Assembly (NCBI GenBank): GCA_051117555.1
Contig: JBNPEG010000196.1
Location: 1-13,875 of the forward strand
DNA: 13,875 nt
Reading direction: 5' to 3'
Source of the DNA: Elainellaceae cyanobacterium
Lineage (GTDB): Bacteria > Cyanobacteriota > Cyanobacteriia > CAZCXK01
The notes under the pieces: model-generated
Databases searched by the model: none
Told to the model about the DNA's origin: nothing
What the model saw: only the letters and a program-made list of their open reading frames with translations
Program-made: the position numbers and the translations under genes
In this document: piece by piece, positions 1-7,367 of the stretch
Numbering within the stretch: position 1 is the stretch's first letter
Layout: each line of letters begins with the position of its first letter

Positions 1-2
1 CT

Positions 3-248
3 GCATTTCACTTTGATGAAAGCTTTCCTTGGACAACGCAGTTGGTAGCCAGGATCATTGGGGGATATAAACAGCTCAGACCATCACGGATAGAAAGGTT
101 TGCGACTCAAGCAAAGGAGCAGGTGAGACAATCGGTTCAAAGCATTTTGGAATGGGACTTTGAGAGGGTTATCGTCGCTCACGGTAGCATCGTAGAGCAC
201 AACGCAAAGCAGCAGTTTAGGGAAGGATATGAGTGGTTTTTAGACTGA
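3..248 (+). CDS. DUF4336-family protein (metallo-beta-lactamase-like), 3' part only; begins before the window
   Basis: Frame is open from position 3 (AFHFDESFPWTTQLVARIIGGY...). C-terminal 'LEWDFERVIVAHGSIVE...YEWFLD' matches the WDFxRhIxAHG signature I recall for cyanobacterial DUF4336 proteins. Confidence 0.75.
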   Translation, partial: AFHFDESFPWTTQLVARIIGGYKQLRPSRIERFATQAKEQVRQSVQSILEWDFERVIVAHGSIVEHNAKQQFREGYEWFLD

Positions 249-1166
249 GTTTCTTTTGATTCCATTAAAGAACCAAAATCTCTGGCGATCGCGCGTCCTA
301 ATTGTACCGTCAGGCATGATCGTATTATGCAATTTAGCGCCGTATAGCTGAAATTCGTCCACGACTGCATCTGTTAGATTGGCATCTCGCAAATTGCTTT
401 GTAATAAATGAGCCCCCTGCAGATCCGCCCCTTGCAGATCTGCATTTCGCAAATTGCTTTGCCATAAATTTGCCGATTGCAAGTTGGCATTTTTGAGATT
501 AGAAGACTGTAGGTTCGCTGATGATAGGTTACTCCGCTGCAAATTACAAGAAGCCAGATTAGCCTCTTCTAGATTAGCTTTCCACAGCATTGCCTTATAC
601 AGATTTGCATTCTGGAGATTAGTGCTTTGCAGAACAGCTCGCTTTAATCTAGCACCTTGCAAATTAGCTGATCTCAAGTTGCATCCATATAGGTCGGCGT
701 CATTAAGTTGTGCATTTTGCAACTCAATCTTTGCTAGATCTGTTCCAATTAGATCAATTCGCTCAAGTGAAGCACTGTATCTGTTCAAGCTTTCGAGTGC
801 GCGAATTCGTGCATAGCTAGTTTCTACGTTTGCTGCTGCCGCTCGATCGATGACCTGCCATGCCTCATAGTGATTCTTTTCGATGCGATCGCGTGTTTCT
901 TTGAAATAAATCACAATGGCGGTGATGACAGCAATTGATTCGGCTCTATCGAAGATCAAAGTGATGATGATACGTGACGATACTTCTTTCTCCGAGCTCC
1001 CCCAGATTGCTAAGATTGCCAGACTTAGCGTAGTTGCTATTCCAACAGCCCATGTAGGAACCGTATGAAAACCGTTTATTAATGAATATCCAAAACCTGT
1101 GATTTTAGCAAACGCATATCTGAGGCGATACTTCATGCGTTCCTGTATTCTCTTGCTGTGTTTCAT
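240..1166 (-). CDS. Membrane-anchored pentapeptide-repeat protein
   Basis: Long run of A(D/N)Lxx pentapeptides (NAQLN DADLY GCNLR SANLQ GARLK ... NADLQ GADLQ). N-terminal hydrophobic segments and the 'HYEAWQVI...TSYARIRALESLN' linker are typical of this cyanobacterial subfamily. Overlaps the convergent DUF4336 gene by 9 bp. Start could be the second Met (MKYRL). Confidence 0.9.
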   Translation of the reverse strand: MKHSKRIQERMKYRLRYAFAKITGFGYSLINGFHTVPTWAVGIATTLSLAILAIWGSSEKEVSSRIIITLIFDRAESIAVITAIVIYFKETRDRIEKNHYEAWQVIDRAAAANVETSYARIRALESLNRYSASLERIDLIGTDLAKIELQNAQLNDADLYGCNLRSANLQGARLKRAVLQSTNLQNANLYKAMLWKANLEEANLASCNLQRSNLSSANLQSSNLKNANLQSANLWQSNLRNADLQGADLQGAHLLQSNLRDANLTDAVVDEFQLYGAKLHNTIMPDGTIRTRDRQRFWFFNGIKRNSV

Positions 1167-1318
1167 TTTATTTCAATTAAGCAATCCGTGAACGTCTCAT
1201 ATTTCGTTCATCGCTATAGCCTTACGCTCTCACATTAGGTCATTGAATGCGTATAAAACCCCGCGTGAACCCGACCCCGTAGGCTAAAAGGTTTAGCTAC
1301 ATTTCAACTCTCCAAAAA

Positions 1319-1753
1319 TTATCTTTCATCGGCTCGATTCAAAGATAGTTTCAAGACTATTTCAACGTCAGAGCGATTATCGGTCAGATTTGTTAGAGTA
1401 AAAGCCTTCTGAATCGGTTGCCCGTTTAGAGAATCTAAGAAAATTGGTACATTTTGTGGTGTTTGCTGAGTCATGATAAGAGTATCCAGACCATGCAATT
1501 GCATGGTCTGGATAGGATGCAAAGCCACATAGGGTAGCAATATAACACTGTAATGTGCGGTAGAATCAACCCAAGCCTCTGAATCTAGAATGACAGGAGG
1601 AGAAGTTGACATCAGCAATTTGCACCGTTGCCGCTTAGAAAATGCCTCGAGGATAGACTGCCTCTGCTTAATGAGCACCTCATATCCTGTCGTTAAAAGT
1701 TTGCTACATAGCGCAGTCATGAGCGCTTGTACCAAGATACGAGAGAAATCCAT
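1319..1753 (-). CDS. Hypothetical protein, 144 aa
   Basis: ATG start preceded by an SD-like AAGGAG (minus strand, 1760-1765) about 6 nt upstream. Co-oriented with both neighbours. No family recognised. Confidence 0.6.
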   Translation of the reverse strand: MDFSRILVQALMTALCSKLLTTGYEVLIKQRQSILEAFSKRQRCKLLMSTSPPVILDSEAWVDSTAHYSVILLPYVALHPIQTMQLHGLDTLIMTQQTPQNVPIFLDSLNGQPIQKAFTLTNLTDNRSDVEIVLKLSLNRADER

Positions 1754-1874
1754 TGACTACTCCTTCAAATTTGGCAACCCACTAATTTGCTGTAAAAGGA
1801 GATCCCGAAATTCATACTGCCAAGTTTTGAGAGCTTTTGAGCAAACACAAACTTTCATATTAAGTCTCTATCCT

Positions 1875-1914
1875 GTCAGAGTTGCTGTTATCTGGTTTTA
1901 ACGGCAACTCCGAC
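1875..1914 (-). terminator. Long stem-loop just downstream of the Zn-ribbon gene (terminator or 3' stabiliser/processing hairpin)
   Basis: GTCAGAGTTGCTGTTA (1875-1890) / TAACGGCAACTCCGAC (1899-1914): 16-bp inverted repeat with 14 Watson-Crick pairs, one G-U and one mismatch, 11 nt past the stop at 1926. No U-tract follows. Confidence 0.55.
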
Positions 1915-1925
1915 TAATCCAGCAA

Positions 1926-2132
1926 TTACAAGATAAACAACAGTAAGACAACTAGCACGAGAGTGGTGATCACTTGTAATGGTCCGGCGTCATCAGTAAT
2001 ATCGCGTCGCCAACTGCAATTTAAGCAGACATAGCGGCTATCGCCTTGGATAACGATTGTGTGTTTTCCACATCGCGGACATTCTAAATGATGAGGATGT
2101 TGGGGATGGGATGGTTCTAATTGAGACATCAT
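1926..2132 (-). CDS. Small Zn-ribbon protein with a C-terminal membrane anchor (~68 aa)
   Basis: CPRCGK-x11-VCLNC (CxxC...CxxC) followed by hydrophobic tail VITTLVLVVLLLFIL. A strong SD GGGAGGAGGA (2139-2148, minus strand) 6 nt before the ATG at 2132 favours this start over the TTG at 2150. Confidence 0.75.
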   Translation of the reverse strand: MMSQLEPSHPQHPHHLECPRCGKHTIVIQGDSRYVCLNCSWRRDITDDAGPLQVITTLVLVVLLLFIL

Positions 2133-2291
2133 AGACAATCCTCCTCCCAATTTTTATTGCCGAAGTGAATGCTTGCTCTACTCAGAGCAATAGAACTAGC
2201 CAACCTTTGCTGGATCTTTACATTGACGTGCCAAAAGTATGGAATAGAGTTAAAAACAATTGAACCGTTTTGCGGTAAGCTCTTGAATGTC

Positions 2292-2310
2292 ATAGGGGTT
2301 AAACCTCTAT
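2292..2310. promoter_or_regulatory. Near-perfect palindrome in the divergent intergenic region (candidate operator)
   Basis: ATAGGGGTT-A-AACCTCTAT: 9-bp arms with one mismatch. Confidence 0.35.
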
Positions 2311-2570
2311 TGATTACAACACCCAGGGAACCCTGCATATGCCGACGCCGGTTTCCCTGGTTTTATCTTGATATAGTTCAGTCGTTCTGCGAAGTGAAGG
2401 TATGGGCTGACTATAAAGCTAAAGCATAGTTAATCCTGGTGCGTTTGCACCCAAGATTTTCGTATTAAGTAACACAAAAATGAGGACAATCATAATCTTT
2501 TGTGTTCTAAATCACCAAGCAGTCCGGAGATATATGGGAATTTAGCAACGAGAGAATTTGATCTGCCTGA

Positions 2571-2584
2571 GGGGAAATTTCCCC
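2571..2584. promoter_or_regulatory. Perfect 14-bp palindrome upstream of the large gene (candidate operator)
   Basis: GGGGAAATTTCCCC, ending 29 nt before the ATG at 2614. Confidence 0.35.
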
Positions 2585-2613
2585 AAAATCGAAAAGAGTT
2601 TTATCTGGTTGCT

Positions 2614-5600
2614 ATGCCTCATTCTAATCCCGCAGACAATCAGCGCATTTATCACCTATATCATTATTTATTTGCCTGCCTTGCAATGAAACAGAAGGCG
2701 GATGGCAAGCCAAATTACACCGCTATCAGTACGCGACTTGGCGACAACAAAGACCTTCGCAAAACCATCAGCAGACTGCTTCAAGAAGAAAGAACCGGTC
2801 AATCAGAGATTGCAGATGCAGACATCATTAAAGGGAGCAACGTCACCACTGGGGATATAGTGGCAATGCTCATCAAATTGCGTCAACGTTTGCAAAGTGA
2901 CTATCAGCAGCATGACGAACCTTACACTAGAGTTCTAACGTTAGAAGATATCCTCACAGTTTTGTACGGGCTCATTGAATTAACTCCTGAGGAACGCCAA
3001 GAACTTGGTATATCAGTCGGTGATGGATTGACACTATTACAACGAGCACTATTGATTCTACAGACAATCGGTGGGCTAGAAAATTACGAAATGATTTTCC
3101 GCGTATATAAGTCAGCTGTAGGGTTGGATTGCACTCGTGCTGAACCTGTATTGCAAGACCTTGAACAAGTTGACGAGTTAATTGTTAAGACGGTTGAAAC
3201 GGCGATGAGCTATTTGCCTGACCGTCAAAAATATAGTCGCGATCGCCAATCTTTCCCAGGGCGGGAGGAAACTGTCCTCGAACTCACTCAAAAGGCCCAA
3301 CGGGAAATTCGTCGTTTATTGGCGCGGAGTGGGAATCAGCAGAGCCCTGTGACTGGTAATACAGTCGTTAATTCATATATCCGCCATTACTTTCAGCCTG
3401 CATTTGTCTCAAAGCTGGCTCAAACTGTTGTTGCCAATGAACGCTTAACAGATCAATATCCCGTATATCTGAAGCGAATTACTATTGAAGCCTGCGGGCC
3501 GCTTCCATTTGCGGATAAAGAACTTGGCATTTTGCAAGTTGATGGACCTTATCCTGCCTTATTACATCCAGCCCTTAAGCGCCTTGATCAAGAAATTTAC
3601 ATCGAAACATCAGGAGTACTTCCCGGACCTGGTGATTATGAATTGGCTTCACAAGAAGCAATGAGAGTGACTGCTGAATTTTACGTCAAGGTGCCGGAAG
3701 ATTATCAATCTGTGGTTGAGCGAGTATTCCTTAAAATTGCGAGTGGTAATCGACGGCGAATTGATTTTTCTCTAAGCAGTACCGGAATCGGAGGAGCGCT
3801 TTCACATGTTATTAAGGTGATTAATACGGCACTATTGGCTGATATTGCGTGTATTAGCAATTACTTTCCAATTGCGCATGATGTAACCTCTACTCAAGAC
3901 ATCATTCGGGACAATGTTCCTTCGCCTGTATGGGCACATAGTCTTGTAAAACTTTGTCGTAAAGAAACCGTAGGCAGAACCATTCAATCTTGTAGCGACA
4001 AGAACTTAAGATCGTATGAGGAGTTTGCTTTTGCAGATCCGATTGGTCATGGCGATTATTGCGGTTTCGATTTCCTGGCATCTCAAGCGCAAGCCGCATT
4101 ACAAGCTCGTTTACAGGCTGTGCGGAATACTGGTGTGAGCCCTAGCGATTATATTCGCCATCTCTGTCAGCGAACGGAACATCGAATTGCACTCGATGAT
4201 GCTTGGTCATACTTGCAAGGGTATCCATTTTCTTCGTTAGCAATGATTGGGGTCATTGACCAGGAAATTTTGCGTCCCAATGTGGGCGATCGTCCACTGA
4301 CCAAAGATGATCCCTATGTTTACTTTGATGCCTGCATATCCGTTATTGAAGCACTATTGGATGAAGGAAGCTACCGGCGCGCTCGCCAATATCTAGAGCG
4401 GCTCAGCGTCATTGACACCTTCGTACAGCAAGGATTAACAGTCACACACCAAAGTATAGCTGGCGACCGACCTACATTTGAGGTTTTTTCGGGTACGCTG
4501 ATTGTTCGATATTTACTTTGTATCGCAAACTATTGCTATATATATGATACCAACAATCGAGACGAGCGGTATCTTCCACCCGGTTGTACCTCTGATATTA
4601 ATCGAGAGGGTTTAATTCGACGGGCATGGACTGCTCTAGATCAGGCTCAACAACATATTGGAATTAGATTACGAAAATATGTTGTTATCAATGAAATTTC
4701 GCAAGGCACATTTTACCCTCACTATTGCCTTCTGGGGCGTATTGCTTTTTTGCGTTCTAAGCTACTGCTTTTCTTTCCACTATTTGTTCCTAAAGATGAC
4801 CGTTTGCCGACTGACCGCTTTTCTGGTCTTCGACGTACTAACGCTTCGATTCATTGGGGTAGGCTATTTCTCCTGGAAAAAGCTCGCTTGTATGCTGCTG
4901 CCAACGGCGATAGTGAGCAATATGCTTGCTATGCCTCGATGCAATGTTGGGCGTATCTCATAGCAGTCCATGCCAGTTTGGACGACTTGACATTGCCGGG
5001 GGGCTCTACAGGTAATCGCAACCCTCGTAGCCAAACATTAAGCCGGGAGCAGTGCCTCGACTGGGCAAAGCAGATGAGAAACCATGCCCTGATTAGCTAC
5101 GCCGATACTGGACGGCGTTGCTACTACCAAATTAAAGAAAAAAGTGGACTTCCTAATGAAAATGATGAATTTGGCCCTTATCGGATCCAGAAAATTCCAG
5201 CCATTTATGAAGCAAGAGGGAGTGAGTATGAAGAATTAAGCAGTATGCCCGGTAGTTTTTTGGTATTTGATATGTCACTGCTTGCGGTCAATCCGAACGA
5301 TTTACCCAAGATCTCACCCAATCATCCGATACAGACCATCTATTTGTTTGGGACTAATGCCTGTTATCTATTTTTTGCGCGAGGCATGTATCTTTTATGC
5401 AGTGATGCATCTGAAGAGTTCAAAGATCCCGCTTCTCCCAACACTCCTATTCGGTGGGACTCCAAACTTAAACATGCTACCCGCCTGCTTAATATGTCTT
5501 GGGCAATTGCGGAGGAAGGGGGTGAGATTCATAAGCAGGGGCAAGAAGAGATTATTTTTGACATTACTCGTAAACTTGCTATTGATACTCGAGCTAACGA

Positions 5601-5982
5601 ATATACCTCACAGGATATAAATTCAGTTCGCGATCTCTATCCAAGACGCATTACTGAGATTGCTGATCTAGGAAAAGTCTTTTCGGCAGTTTGTATGGTA
5701 TTGCGACTGCATATAGCTGATTCTGAAGAGCGAGACGAGCTTTTCAAGGATATTCAGACGCTTTTGGATACGTTGCATAGTGCCCATCATCTGACTCGAC
5801 CCTTGCGTGCCCTTCTGGCTCGACAAAACCGGCATAATGGCCATTTAGAGAATTATCTGAGTCGGGCAAAAGCCGTTATTATTCGGTATATAGAAGTCGC
5901 CCGAGATATTCCAGAGAACATCAATCTCAAGGATCATCGAGACAGCCTGCTCAGAGAACTCTTTTCAGCACTATTGGCTTAG
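2614..5982 (+). CDS. Large hypothetical protein (~1122 aa); possible N-terminal XRE-like HTH and helical/TPR-like C-terminal half
   Basis: Uninterrupted 3.4-kb ORF; first in-frame ATG is at 2614 (the track uses TTG 2500). 'NYTAISTRLG-DNKDL-RKTISRLLQ' resembles an HTH, and 'DACISVIEALLDEGSYRRARQYLERL' resembles a TPR helix pair. The CDS is secure; the domain calls are inference. Confidence 0.85.
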   Translation: MPHSNPADNQRIYHLYHYLFACLAMKQKADGKPNYTAISTRLGDNKDLRKTISRLLQEERTGQSEIADADIIKGSNVTTGDIVAMLIKLRQRLQSDYQQHDEPYTRVLTLEDILTVLYGLIELTPEERQELGISVGDGLTLLQRALLILQTIGGLENYEMIFRVYKSAVGLDCTRAEPVLQDLEQVDELIVKTVETAMSYLPDRQKYSRDRQSFPGREETVLELTQKAQREIRRLLARSGNQQSPVTGNTVVNSYIRHYFQPAFVSKLAQTVVANERLTDQYPVYLKRITIEACGPLPFADKELGILQVDGPYPALLHPALKRLDQEIYIETSGVLPGPGDYELASQEAMRVTAEFYVKVPEDYQSVVERVFLKIASGNRRRIDFSLSSTGIGGALSHVIKVINTALLADIACISNYFPIAHDVTSTQDIIRDNVPSPVWAHSLVKLCRKETVGRTIQSCSDKNLRSYEEFAFADPIGHGDYCGFDFLASQAQAALQARLQAVRNTGVSPSDYIRHLCQRTEHRIALDDAWSYLQGYPFSSLAMIGVIDQEILRPNVGDRPLTKDDPYVYFDACISVIEALLDEGSYRRARQYLERLSVIDTFVQQGLTVTHQSIAGDRPTFEVFSGTLIVRYLLCIANYCYIYDTNNRDERYLPPGCTSDINREGLIRRAWTALDQAQQHIGIRLRKYVVINEISQGTFYPHYCLLGRIAFLRSKLLLFFPLFVPKDDRLPTDRFSGLRRTNASIHWGRLFLLEKARLYAAANGDSEQYACYASMQCWAYLIAVHASLDDLTLPGGSTGNRNPRSQTLSREQCLDWAKQMRNHALISYADTGRRCYYQIKEKSGLPNENDEFGPYRIQKIPAIYEARGSEYEELSSMPGSFLVFDMSLLAVNPNDLPKISPNHPIQTIYLFGTNACYLFFARGMYLLCSDASEEFKDPASPNTPIRWDSKLKHATRLLNMSWAIAEEGGEIHKQGQEEIIFDITRKLAIDTRANEYTSQDINSVRDLYPRRITEIADLGKVFSAVCMVLRLHIADSEERDELFKDIQTLLDTLHSAHHLTRPLRALLARQNRHNGHLENYLSRAKAVIIRYIEVARDIPENINLKDHRDSLLRELFSALLA

Positions 5983-6563
5983 TTATGTTTGATTCGCCTT
6001 AAATGAGCCTGTCTACACTATTTATATTCGGTCAGAACATACGCAATTCTTAATAGTTTAGCTCTCGACTTCCCAAAAACTTGAGGACATCAGATTGAGA
6101 GTTCTATAAGTAGGAAAGCTGAATTAAATATGAGATAGCAGGGTGACTAAGATTGCCTACCATGCCTGCTCCGTTGCGGATTGTTTTAACCCATATTTCG
6201 CAGGTTGGCATATGGAAAAGGGTATTTTATCGGATGCACTGAAACGCTTACCATGTAAGCATTTTACAATTTTTTTGATTTGCTATCCTTGACCGCTGAA
6301 AACCAGACCAAAACTAGAGTTTAGTTTCAGAGACACATACTAGTCGCGCTTGCCTTTCAGGCTAACGTACTGACGCCGATCACGACTGGAAGCCTATGAT
6401 ACCACTCACGAAAGTAGCCAGGTCGGCACAGAATGGCTCAAATCTGAGATAACTCAAATTCAGTCTAAACCCCTAAACACCCCGTTCTGTATTGAACAAT
6501 CGCTGAACAGCCTACAGCGTATAGATTTGGGAGGCTAAAGACACGTTGAACAGGTAAACAGTC

Positions 6564-6761
6564 ATGAAAAAGTCACTGCTCATTTTTGTTGTCTTCATCA
6601 ACTCCATCGCCATAGGCATGAGCGTTTATCTCAGTACTCTTGAGAATCCGACCGACATCCAAAAAGAGCTGAGCACCACAACCAATACCATTGCGATCGC
6701 CGGAACCACTACCCTGATTGGGCTATTGGACGACGATCAAAATAAGCCCAATGCGACCTGA
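6564..6761 (+). CDS. Small hydrophobic protein (65 aa) with a signal-peptide/TM-like N-terminus
   Basis: MKK plus hydrophobic SLLIFVVFINSIAIGMSVYL, a polar linker, a second weakly hydrophobic stretch TIAIAGTTTLIGLL and an acidic tail DDD. Contains a HIP1 site at 6693. Confidence 0.7.
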   Translation: MKKSLLIFVVFINSIAIGMSVYLSTLENPTDIQKELSTTTNTIAIAGTTTLIGLLDDDQNKPNAT

Positions 6762-6884
6762 TATCCAGGTGCGATTAGGCAAAGCCACACTCCGCGATCG
6801 CCCCATGCAATATTCCCACGTAATATCTAGATCTCTCGTAATAGAACGACCCTCCTCGATCCATACGCGACCTTTTCAATTCCA

Positions 6885-6914
6885 GCAGCACATTGCAGCA
6901 CATTGCAGCACATT
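6885..6914. repeat. Tandem repeat, 3 x 10 bp
   Basis: GCAGCACATT at 6885, 6895 and 6905. Confidence 0.9.
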
Positions 6915-6940
6915 ACTGATACATGGCGTGCTGTTATCAA

Positions 6941-7134
6941 ATAACACCAAGTGGGAATCGAATAACACCAAGTGGGAATCGAATAACACCAAGTGGGAAT
7001 CGAATAACACCAAGTGGGAATCGAATAACACCAAGTGGGAATCGAATAACACCAAGTGGGAATCGCATAACACACACCGGGAATCGCATAACACACACCG
7101 GGAATCGCATAACACACACCGGGAATCGCATAAC
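6941..7134. repeat. Tandem array, 9 x 21 bp plus a partial unit, two sequence variants
   Basis: Units 1-5 ATAACACCAAGTGGGAATCGA (6941-7045); unit 6 ATAACACCAAGTGGGAATCGC (7046-7066); units 7-9 ATAACACACACCGGGAATCGC (7067-7129); then ATAAC. Confidence 0.95.
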
Positions 7135-7146
7135 GTTTACGCAGAA

Positions 7147-7367
7147 CGTAGGGGCGAATCACGATTCGCCCAGCGCAATACCCAGATTGACAAATCCCCC
7201 ATTTGCATTAGGCATCCCAATCCACCAATCATCCCCCATAGGAGCGATCGCCATCCCCGTAGGGGCGAATCACGATTCGCCCAGCGCAATACCCAGATTG
7301 ACAAATCCCCCATTTGCATTAGGCATCCCAATCCACCAATCATCCCCCATAGGAGCGATCGCCCTAC
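7147..7367. repeat. Direct duplication (111-bp period) of a GTAG-REP/REPIN-like unit
   Basis: 7147-7252 is identical to 7258-7363 (106 bp). Each copy starts with GTAG plus the hairpin GGGCGAATC-AC-GATTCGCCC (7148-7171, 7259-7282). The second copy ends in ATAGGAGCGATCGCCCTAC (7349-7367), an inverted GTAG hairpin centred on HIP1. Confidence 0.85.

Noticed and set aside
1251..1300. GC-rich stretch and small hairpin GTAGGCTAAA-AGG-TTTAGCTAC as an IS200/IS605 end or REP
   Set aside because: Short, imperfect and single-copy, with no associated transposase. It may only be a weak 3' hairpin of the 144-aa gene.
2462..2475. NtcA-like site GTA-N8-CAC
   Set aside because: One half-site is non-canonical, and there is no TAN3T -10 box at the usual ~22-nt spacing in either direction.
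2500..2613. TTG 2500 as the start of the large gene
   Set aside because: The extension looks non-coding and contains the GGGGAAATTTCCCC palindrome. ATG 2614 is preferred, though unproven.
6941..7134. 21-bp array as a CRISPR array
   Set aside because: Units are directly abutted, the only variable part is 7 bp with just two versions, there are no unique 30-40 bp spacers, and no cas genes are in the window.
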